Below, in pieces: positions 23,801-29,984 of a DNA stretch of 32,000 nt. The DNA comes from Pirellula staleyi DSM 6068 (lineage in GTDB: Bacteria; Planctomycetota; Planctomycetia; Pirellulales; Pirellulaceae): assembly GCA_000025185.1 (NCBI GenBank), contig CP001848.1, positions 2,460,001 to 2,492,000 on the forward strand. Reading direction: 5' to 3'. The translations under genes were made by a program, and so were the position numbers. The notes under the pieces are model-generated. The model was not told the origin of the DNA and ran no database searches. It worked only from the letters and a program-made list of their open reading frames with translations. The number at the start of each line of letters is the position of its first letter. Position 1 is the first letter of the stretch.

Positions 23801-25834
23801 GCGACGGTTTCGATTTTCATTGCCGCTGTGAACGATGCCCCGGTGGGAGTTGTCGACTCGTACACCACGCTCGAAGATACGACCCTCAACGTCAACGGCA
23901 CGATCGCATTCCCTTCGGTCCTCGCGAACGACACCGATGTGGAAAACGACCCTCTGACCGCTGATCTGCTCACCACGACCACACGTGGCACGCTGACCTT
24001 CAACGAAGCAGATGGAACTTTCACCTACGTCCCAACGCTGAACCTGAACGGTCCTGACAGCTTCACGTACCGTGCTTTCGATGGCGACAAGTACTCGGCC
24101 CCAGTCACGGTGACGATCAACGTCACGCCGGTCAACGATGCACCGACCGCCACCACCGACAACTATGTGGTGGAAGAACGTGCGACCCTCACTGTGGCCG
24201 CTCCGGGCGTGCTGGGGAACGACGTCGACACCGTGGAAGGTTCGCCTCTGACGGCTCAGCTCCAGAGCAGTACCTCCAACGGCACGTTGAATTTCAATGC
24301 CAACGGTAGCTTCACCTACACGCCGAACAACGGCTTTCTAGGTACCGATAGCTTCACCTATCGTGCTTCGGATGGAACGGCATTCTCGGCCATCACCACG
24401 GTGAATATCCTGGTGACCGACGTCAACGATCCACCGACCGCCAATCCCGATTCGTACACCACGGCGGAAGATACGGCTCTGATCGTTCCTGGTGCTGGCT
24501 TGCTTCCCACGCTGCTGGCTAACGACACCGATCCTGAAAGCGTGAACACCTCGCTGACCACTTTGCTTGTGAGTGGCCCCACCAGTGGCTCGCTCACGCT
24601 GAATGGAAATGGGACGTTCACCTACACCCCAGCTACTAACTTCAACGGCACGGCCACCTTCACCTATCGCGTGAGCGATGGTGTCCTCTTCTCACCACCC
24701 ACCACAGTAACAATCACTGTTACTCCGGTGAACGATGCCCCTGTTGTCACTAACAAGAGCATCTTGGCAGTGAAGGATATCGCCGACCAAGATTTCATCA
24801 TCGTCACGGCAGCTGATACTGACGTCGAAAACAATAACCTCACGGTCGTGGGACTCAGCACCACTAATGTGGTTTCGGCGTCGAACTCGATCACCACGAT
24901 TGCTGGTGGCACCGTCACGATCAGCGGTACGAAGGGAATTCTCTACACGCCCGCTGCTGGCTATGAAGGACCGGACAGCTTCTTCTATACCGTTTCCGAC
25001 GGCACTGCTCAGGTCGTGGCTCAGGTGAATGTGAGCGTCGTTTCGTTCCGCACCACCGATGTCACGGGACGTGTCTACTACGATGCCGACAAGGATGGCG
25101 GACTCGACCCAGCAGAGTCGGGTATCGCGGGGGCGAAGGTCCGAATCGTCGGTACCGACTTCCAGGGGAACTCGGTCAGCACCGGCTATGTCCTGACCGA
25201 TGAGAATGGCTACTACTTGTTTGAAGATGTTCTCCCAGGTAGTTACCACATCGAACAGCTGCAGCCTGCCAGCCTCGCCGATGGTGCTGAAACTGCCGGC
25301 AACGGTGGAGCTCTCACGCTGGCGAACGACAAGATCGCTCTGTCGCTACCAATCCTGGGTATCATCGGCGGCTCGAACGGTCACCTGTTCGGCGAGAAGG
25401 GTATCGATCCGCTGGCTCTCACAAGCCCCGCAGGTCTCTATGCAGAGATGCTCGCTTCCTCGGGTAGCAACGGAGTGGTGTTCGAATTCGATATCAGTGG
25501 CAACACCACTTGGTTCTATAAGATGCAAGGTTGGAGCGGTCTCGAAGAGATCACCTTCCAGCTGAGTGCCGATCGTGCTTCGGGCATCCTGACGGTCAAC
25601 GGCGGTTCGCCGACGACGATCTATCAGGCTCCACAGACAGGAAGTGCCTCGGCACCTCGCTTCCGCATCCTGGGAACCACGCACTCGGGCAACATCATGA
25701 TTCGTCTCGACGGGACAGCCACCGGTTTTGGGCTGAACCTGGCTGCTGCGGAAGGTGAACCTGCCGACCCAGCGATGCAGCAGTACGAGCACGCTGTCGA
25801 TGCAGCCTTTGGCGACGAATCGACCTGGGCCTAG
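20849..25834 (+). CDS. Large extracellular adhesin-like protein: N-terminal LExR motif, dockerin pair, VNDAP-type cadherin/Ig-like tandem repeats ('tandem-95' type), SdrD-B/Cna-B-like domain
   Basis: The ORF is open from 20726. Likely starts are ATG 20849 (MTKHRRRSPLTAG...) or ATG 20837, since the upstream codons look non-coding. RKLFAAERLESRSMMAG is followed directly by two dockerin-type repeats. Next comes a GGSFTLTFNGQTTAPINF...IENALLALPNI...YWVTYKGQFGG...GLTGTG module. Repeats then follow, each ending in VNDAP or VNDGP and containing ED(T)xL...ANDxDv(D/E)gd.L...GTL..N.nGsFtYTPn.NfnG.D.FtY...DG. The C-terminal part has VTGRVYYDADKDGGLDPAESGIAGAKVRIVG...TDENGYYLFEDVLPGSYHIEQ (SdrD B-like). 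Confidence 0.9.
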   Translation: MTKHRRRSPLTAGSRSLSTARKAVAVRKLFAAERLESRSMMAGDLFVSDYWNNMKPTDVNGDGNVTPFDALAVINELNQRGARSLGIRPATVSAGGEGESSPDDFFFDVNNDGMVTPFDALAVINTLNAEGEDGDDLMAFTIHAYSPDTDTPITTLARGEEFDLVVKVDDLRLGGSGVFFGQVDILHDRSKADLVTREVTLLSFTPEVSGGSFTLTFNGQTTAPINFSSTQSTMSNRIENALLALPNIDPFDVDVTVNYADVFSTRQYWVTYKGQFGGIDLPNDILTANTTGLTGTGAALNISTFADSNVANSNSVRESFRTYVIPDVVDELSYIANLSASLGTDRFNDVSAQASLGTPPGSDPVELVRARVRATDGGTLTFTLDRSSLGLSEVSLFNFNRPLLESEIAFNIPAVTLTVTEAATANPDVATVAEGNATGVVISPLGNDTVQTGTKQIPAFTSFTTVNGGLVERLNSTQIRYTNTTNFAGVDEFNYTLSNGLGATDTSTISVTVTGVNDAPVIGLPPAGQTTAEDTALLLTGANVISISDVDILPSATMVATLSSSQGTFSLTSVPGVSISGNLSGSVNISGTLSAINSALATLVFTPTSNFSGTATINVTANDGGSSGTGGALQTNSSFTVNVTAVNDGPGITALLSRTMFEDEVLLLGSPTPITVSDVDVGAGLMSITVTAPNGTLTADMPAGTGGARSGQGTSTLTLTGSLANLNAALLTLTYDPNNGFFSTETISLVVSDNGNTGTPGALTASADIVVNVQPTVRPRARDDVFSVAEGNTTQMDVLVNDEANIPDPTVYNRVLDSFDIDAMADINGTPTAVGTISRVEAGLAGSADDLLLYTPKAGFEDFFGTVVFSYTMTDDKPGSIPVTAIVTLTVTNVNDAPVAIDDSYFIDEDTTLIVPGSGNLDTLIANDEDVDGDNLSVTVTQLPTNGTLSWNPNGSFTYTPNSNYNGVDEFSYTVSDGVITSNVATVSIFIAAVNDAPVGVVDSYTTLEDTTLNVNGTIAFPSVLANDTDVENDPLTADLLTTTTRGTLTFNEADGTFTYVPTLNLNGPDSFTYRAFDGDKYSAPVTVTINVTPVNDAPTATTDNYVVEERATLTVAAPGVLGNDVDTVEGSPLTAQLQSSTSNGTLNFNANGSFTYTPNNGFLGTDSFTYRASDGTAFSAITTVNILVTDVNDPPTANPDSYTTAEDTALIVPGAGLLPTLLANDTDPESVNTSLTTLLVSGPTSGSLTLNGNGTFTYTPATNFNGTATFTYRVSDGVLFSPPTTVTITVTPVNDAPVVTNKSILAVKDIADQDFIIVTAADTDVENNNLTVVGLSTTNVVSASNSITTIAGGTVTISGTKGILYTPAAGYEGPDSFFYTVSDGTAQVVAQVNVSVVSFRTTDVTGRVYYDADKDGGLDPAESGIAGAKVRIVGTDFQGNSVSTGYVLTDENGYYLFEDVLPGSYHIEQLQPASLADGAETAGNGGALTLANDKIALSLPILGIIGGSNGHLFGEKGIDPLALTSPAGLYAEMLASSGSNGVVFEFDISGNTTWFYKMQGWSGLEEITFQLSADRASGILTVNGGSPTTIYQAPQTGSASAPRFRILGTTHSGNIMIRLDGTATGFGLNLAAAEGEPADPAMQQYEHAVDAAFGDESTWA
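21020..21232 (+). repeat. Pair of dockerin-type repeats at the N-terminus of the second large protein
   Basis: DVNGDGNVTPFDALAVINELN (21020-21082) and DVNNDGMVTPFDALAVINTLN (21170-21232). The signature matches the pair at 19541-19765. Confidence 0.85.
22394..24742 (+). repeat. Tandem protein repeats bounded by VND(A/G/P)P motifs; the last four units have a regular period of about 300 nt (100 aa)
   Basis: VNDAP-type boundaries lie at about 22394, 22781, 23528, 23828, 24131, 24422 and 24728, with a degenerate boundary (VVNVQPTVRPRARDD) near 23157. Spacing among the last five boundaries is 291-306 nt. The units are divergent at nucleotide level, so the duplications are old. Confidence 0.8.
25055..25262 (+). 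other. SdrD B-like / Cna-B-type beta-sandwich domain
   Basis: TDVTGRVYYDADKDGGLDPAESGIAGAKVRIVGTDFQGNSVSTGYVLTDENGYYLFEDVLPGSYHIEQLQP matches the 'G.V..D.n.nG..D..E.g..gv.V.L......v..T.Td.nG.Y.F..l.pG.Y.v' pattern. Confidence 0.7.
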
Positions 25835-25878
25835 AGCAGAATGAAAATCAGCTACGGCTGATCCGTAACATCCACCAC

Positions 25879-25918
25879 AATCCCTCGACTTAGTTCGGCT
25901 GAGTCGAGGGATTTTTTT
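25879..25918 (+). terminator. Rho-independent terminator between convergent genes
   Basis: Perfect 12-bp stem AATCCCTCGACT (25879-25890) / AGTCGAGGGATT (25902-25913), an 11-nt loop, and a T7 run at 25912-25918. It lies 45 nt after the stop of 20849..25834 and 4 nt before the stop codon of the minus-strand potD-like gene (25922). Confidence 0.8.
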
Positions 25919-25921
25919 GCG

Positions 25922-27025
25922 CTACGAGCGTACCTCGCGCCACACTTGTTCGACCGGCACAATCCCCGCGCCGCGCGATTTCAAATAGACGCTCTTGGCA
26001 ATCACGTCGTCGGGTGGATAGATGGCAGTATCGTTCTTCAGCTCATCGGGAAGCAGAGCTCGCGCTGCTGTGTTGGGGCTGCCGAAATGAACGAACTCAG
26101 CGTTACGGGCAGCGATCGCCGGATCGAGTAAAAAGTTGATCAGCTCGTGGGCCAGTTCCGCGTGAGGGGCGCCGCTCGGGATCACCATGCTGTCGAGCCA
26201 GACCATCGTCCCTTGGGCGCGATTGATCACTTGGATGTGGGGCTCTTCATCGGCCGCTTGCCGCAGATCGCCATTCCACCCCACTGCCACCCAGGCATCG
26301 CCAGCGATCAGCTTTTCTTTGTAAGCATCGGAGGTGTAGGCCTGTACGAGTGGCACTTGCGACTTGAGTAGTTTTCCCGCCAAACGCAAATGCTCGGGAT
26401 CGGTCGAGTTCATCGGCAGACCTAGATGCAGCAGCGCCACGGCGACCATGTTTTCTGCGTCATCAAGTGCCACGATGCGGCTGCGATACTTTGGGTCGAA
26501 CAGCGGCGCGAAGTCGACAACCTTCTCGCTGACGAAATCGTCGCGAATTGCCACCGCCACAGTTCCCCAAAAATAGGGCAAACTGAATTCGTTCTGGAGG
26601 TCGAATTCGTGTCCCAAGAAACGCGGGTCGAGGTGCGAGGCGTTCGTCAGTCGCGCGTAATCAAGGGGCTCCACCAGCTTGCGCGAGATCAGCAGGTCCA
26701 TGGTGCGGTCGGATGGAAAAACGACGTCGTAGCCGCTCGAGCCAGTCACCAGCCGACTTTCGAGTTCGGTTTCACTGGCATAGTTGTCGTAGACCACGAG
26801 CGCGTCGTGGGTTGCTTCGAATTCGGCGAGCACATCGGGATCGATATAGTCACTCCAGTTGAACACATGGAGTCGATGCCGCCTTTCGTTCGTTTCACGG
26901 TTACAGCCAGTGCCGAGTGTCAGTGCCCCGGCGGCGGCCATCGATAGCGCAAACGATCGACGCCCAAACTCGCGCCGATGGAGCTGCTCGCGCTTACGAT
27001 GCGTGCTTGGCTGCGGTGAGTTCAT
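25922..27025 (-). CDS. potD: Spermidine/putrescine ABC transporter periplasmic substrate-binding protein (PotD/PotF family)
   Basis: LHVFNWSDYIDPDVLAEFEATHDALVVYDNYASETELESRLVTGSSGYDVVFPSD...LPYFWGTVAVAIRDD aligns by eye with E. coli PotD ([35 protein letters not shown]...DLVVPS...IPYIWGATAIGVN). The N-terminus HRREFGRRSFALSMAAAGALTLGTGC is a twin-arginine-like signal with a possible lipobox Cys. Its start overlaps the potC stop (ATGA). Confidence 0.9.
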   Translation of the reverse strand: MNSPQPSTHRKREQLHRREFGRRSFALSMAAAGALTLGTGCNRETNERRHRLHVFNWSDYIDPDVLAEFEATHDALVVYDNYASETELESRLVTGSSGYDVVFPSDRTMDLLISRKLVEPLDYARLTNASHLDPRFLGHEFDLQNEFSLPYFWGTVAVAIRDDFVSEKVVDFAPLFDPKYRSRIVALDDAENMVAVALLHLGLPMNSTDPEHLRLAGKLLKSQVPLVQAYTSDAYKEKLIAGDAWVAVGWNGDLRQAADEEPHIQVINRAQGTMVWLDSMVIPSGAPHAELAHELINFLLDPAIAARNAEFVHFGSPNTAARALLPDELKNDTAIYPPDDVIAKSVYLKSRGAGIVPVEQVWREVRS

Positions 27026-27834
27026 CGAGTTTCTCCCACCAATTTGCCACGAAACATCCGGCTGGCACCGAGCGCAACGAAGAACACCACCAGGAGCATC
27101 ACCGTGAAAAGGGCGTTGGTATCGCTCCGCAATCCAAACCGCATGCGGCTAAAAATTTCCATCGGAAGGGTGTCGGTGCCGACCCCTTTGGTGAGCAGCG
27201 TAATCAGCACATCGTCGAGCGAGATTGCAAATACCAGGAGCCAGGCCACTGCAAGGCTCGGTAGCAGTAGTGGAATGATGACGCGTCGCGTGGCTTGCCA
27301 CGGTGTAGCGCCGAGATCGATAGCCGCGGCGTAGAGGTTTTCGTCGAAGTCGGCGATCGCACTTTGCATCACCACAAAGGCATAGCCGATGCCAAACACG
27401 CCATGTGCGAGCAGCAGCGTGAAGTAGCCACGATCGAGAGCAATTGCTTGAAAGGCGAGAGCGAGCGAGATGCCGGTGATCATGTCGGGCGTTACTAGTG
27501 GCAGGGCCAGAAGTCCCGAGGCTGCTTGCTGTGAGGTGGGCTTCCATTTTTTGAGCCCCCACGCGGCGAGCGAACCGAAGACTACCGACAAACTACTCAC
27601 AGCAGCACCGAGCAGCACGCTGGTGCGAAGAGCGATCCACAATTCCGATTCCTCAAACAGGCGCTGATATCCGGCGAGCGAGAATCGTGTGAAGACACTG
27701 CCGAAGCGAGAGTCGTTAAACGAGTAGACGATCGTCATCACCACTGGCGCGTACATCGCCAGCAGCACCACGACCATTGCCAGTTGGCAAAGTCGGCGCG
27801 CGAGGAGGACGAGTGTATCGCGTTCTCCTTTCAT
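27022..27834 (-). CDS. potC: Spermidine/putrescine ABC transporter permease (PotC-like)
   Basis: 270-aa polytopic membrane protein. It has the PotC-type N-terminus (...APVVMTIVYSFNDSRFGSVFTRFSLAGYQRLF) and an EAA-loop (YAAAIDLGATPWQATRRVIIPLLLPS). ATGA overlaps are present at both ends. Confidence 0.9.
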   Translation of the reverse strand: MKGERDTLVLLARRLCQLAMVVVLLAMYAPVVMTIVYSFNDSRFGSVFTRFSLAGYQRLFEESELWIALRTSVLLGAAVSSLSVVFGSLAAWGLKKWKPTSQQAASGLLALPLVTPDMITGISLALAFQAIALDRGYFTLLLAHGVFGIGYAFVVMQSAIADFDENLYAAAIDLGATPWQATRRVIIPLLLPSLAVAWLLVFAISLDDVLITLLTKGVGTDTLPMEIFSRMRFGLRSDTNALFTVMLLVVFFVALGASRMFRGKLVGETR

Positions 27835-28700
27835 GCGGCGGCTCCTGACTGAGGAGAAGTCTCAGGGGTGGTTCGTCTAGCAGCTGCGATGGGGGCCACT
27901 GGCGAGCGCGATTTGAGCGCAGTCAGCACCATCGTGATGATCGTCGGCAGCAGTACCATGCCGGTGAGGATCGCGGAATAGGCGGCGGCCAAGGGCCAGT
28001 TGCGCTCGTCAAACGCTTGTTTCACGGCGATTCCGAGGAGAGTCACTTTCCCTTGCCCGATGAAATGCGGCACGACATACTCGCCGAGCGATGGCACAAA
28101 CACCAAGATCGCACCTGCCCACCTCCCGCCGCGCGTGAGTGGCCAGGTGACACGCCAAAACGCTTGCCACGGAGTCGCGCCAAGATCGCGGGCTGCGGAA
28201 AGGATGTTCGGATCGAGTCGCTCGAAGGCACGCGTGAGTGGCAGCAGCATCAGAGGGAGATAATTCGCTGCGACAACGATCACTACAGCGGTGTAGGTCC
28301 CTTGCCACTCAAGTGGAATCAAATTCATCCAGCCATAGGTACGGAGCAGCACCGAGGTGATGAGTGGAAAGCTCGTCGCAAGCAGGAGCATTTGTCGCCA
28401 GTGACGAGGCAGGTTCATGATCGCCATCGCAGCGGGATAGCAGATGGCGAGGACCGAGAGTGTGACCGCCAGTGCCACAACGAGCGAGCGCGCGATGATC
28501 CGGAGCGAAATCGAGTCGGTAGCTGTTTCCCAGGCTGTGCTCGAAAATTCGGGGAGCACACCGAGAGGAAAGTCGCGTGCCAGAAGCGAGTAACCAAGCA
28601 CAGCCACCAGAGGTACGACGAAGCCCAAGAGCATGTACAGTGTCGCGGGAAGTGCCAACGCGCGGCGCAGTCCCCCGGACGAAGCAAGGATGTTTTTCAT
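27831..28700 (-). CDS. potB: Spermidine/putrescine ABC transporter permease (PotB-like)
   Basis: Polytopic membrane protein with the EAA-loop LDPNILSAARDLGATPWQAFWRVTWPLTRGG. The ORF is open to 28751, but ATG 28700 (MKNILASSGGLRRALALPATLYMLLGF) gives an ATGA overlap with the potA stop (28697-28699), matching the other two junctions. Confidence 0.88.
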   Translation of the reverse strand: MKNILASSGGLRRALALPATLYMLLGFVVPLVAVLGYSLLARDFPLGVLPEFSSTAWETATDSISLRIIARSLVVALAVTLSVLAICYPAAMAIMNLPRHWRQMLLLATSFPLITSVLLRTYGWMNLIPLEWQGTYTAVVIVVAANYLPLMLLPLTRAFERLDPNILSAARDLGATPWQAFWRVTWPLTRGGRWAGAILVFVPSLGEYVVPHFIGQGKVTLLGIAVKQAFDERNWPLAAAYSAILTGMVLLPTIITMVLTALKSRSPVAPIAAARRTTPETSPQSGAAA

Positions 28701-29773
28701 GCATCGGGCTCCGCCACATAAGGAAACAGATGGAGCGCCGCTGGCTCCCACGACAGCCGTACTCGCGAGCCGGGTGTTGGTGGCTCTTCTCGCGTTTGCA
28801 TTTCCAAACGTGTGCCGTCATCGAGTCGCAACACAACCGTATGCACATGTCCGGCGAATTGCTCGCTGACCACTGTTGCCTCGATCGGGCCATGCTGATC
28901 GACGCGCAAATCGTCGGGACGAATGCCAGCCAGCAGATGTTCGGGAAGTTGCTCGGCCTTCGTACGATCGACAGGAATCGTCGCGCCACCAAGGGTAATG
29001 CTCGGCCCCGCGCCGCTCTTCTGCAGATGGGTCTCAATCCAGTTAATCCGTCCCAAGAACGATGCCACGTAGGGAGTCTGCGGACTCAAGTACAGATCCT
29101 CGGGCGATCCCACCTGGACCAGTCGACCCCGATGAAGCACCCCCAGCCGATCTCCGATTCGCATCGCCTCATCGCGGTCGTGCGTGATGTAGAGATAGGT
29201 GGTCGAAAGACGCTGCTGCAGGTCGTCGAGCAGCAGCAAGGTGGCGAGTCGAAGATGCGGATCGAGTGCCGAGAGAGGCTCGTCGAGCAGCACACACTGG
29301 GGAAGGTTCACTAAGGCTCGCGCGAGAGCCACCCGCTGTCGTTCACCGCCCGAAAGGGTATCGATGCGGCGCGTAGCATCGCCGGCCAGCTGCACCCAGT
29401 TGAGCGCTTCGTGAACGCGGCGTTTTTGCTCAGCAGGACTAACGCCCGCCACAGAGAGAGGAAACGCCACATTTCCCGCGACATCGAGATGGGGAAAGAG
29501 TGCGTAGTTCTGAAAAACCGTATGCACCGGACGCTGATGCGGCGGCAGATGATTGGCCAGTTCCCCCCCGAGCAGCACTTCCCCTTCGTCGGGCTGATCG
29601 ATCCCCGAAATCAGTTTCAGAAGTGTACTTTTACCACTTCCGCTTCTTCCGAGCAGAACAAACACTTCCCCTCGGGCAATGGTGAGATTGACTTCCGAAA
29701 GGACGACGCGACTTCCAAAGCGACGTGTGACGCGGCGCAGTTCGACGGCAGGTGACGGGGAACCGGTGTTCAA
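28697..29773 (-). CDS. potA: Spermidine/putrescine-type ABC transporter ATP-binding protein (PotA/MalK-like, with C-terminal TOBE-type regulatory domain)
   Basis: Walker A GRSGSGKSTLL, Q-loop VFQNYALFPHL, ABC signature LSGGERQRVALARAL and Walker B VLLDEPLSALD are all present, with a C-terminal extension of about 120 aa. It has a TTG start at 29773 and is the first gene of the A-B-C-D order. Confidence 0.92.
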   Translation of the reverse strand: MNTGSPSPAVELRRVTRRFGSRVVLSEVNLTIARGEVFVLLGRSGSGKSTLLKLISGIDQPDEGEVLLGGELANHLPPHQRPVHTVFQNYALFPHLDVAGNVAFPLSVAGVSPAEQKRRVHEALNWVQLAGDATRRIDTLSGGERQRVALARALVNLPQCVLLDEPLSALDPHLRLATLLLLDDLQQRLSTTYLYITHDRDEAMRIGDRLGVLHRGRLVQVGSPEDLYLSPQTPYVASFLGRINWIETHLQKSGAGPSITLGGATIPVDRTKAEQLPEHLLAGIRPDDLRVDQHGPIEATVVSEQFAGHVHTVVLRLDDGTRLEMQTREEPPTPGSRVRLSWEPAALHLFPYVAEPDA

Positions 29774-29984
29774 TGGAGTGCTGGCTCCTGGGCGCTCGAG
29801 TGACGGGGCCTCACGCTACGGCGCAGCATTGTGCGCGGTGGGAGTCCTCCTCTGCAAGATCGAGGCTGAAGTTCGCGGAAGATTGCCCCGGGCCCGGAGT
29901 TGCTTCTGATAGAGATGAGAAGTCGCCGCAGCCGCGAGAATCTCTCGCAGACGCTGCTGCGGGCCGGACATTGCAGCGAGCAAT

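Noticed and set aside
28701-28751. Longer potB start (MGASGAPSVSLCGGARC...), and the GTG 31586 start for the SHD1 protein.
   Set aside because: ATG 28700 gives the same ATGA coupling seen at the other two junctions. ATG 31574 (MKRPNLAN...) gives a standard n-region for the signal peptide.
28017-29314. ORFs overlapping the pot operon on either strand: 28017-28721 (+), 28309-29037 (-), 28577-29314 (+), 27149-27562 (-) and 26426-26947 (+). Also 30296-31210 (+), overlapping the SHD1 gene.
   Set aside because: They are out-of-frame or antisense to genes with unambiguous ABC-transporter or SHD1 signatures. Their translations are Arg-rich nonsense.
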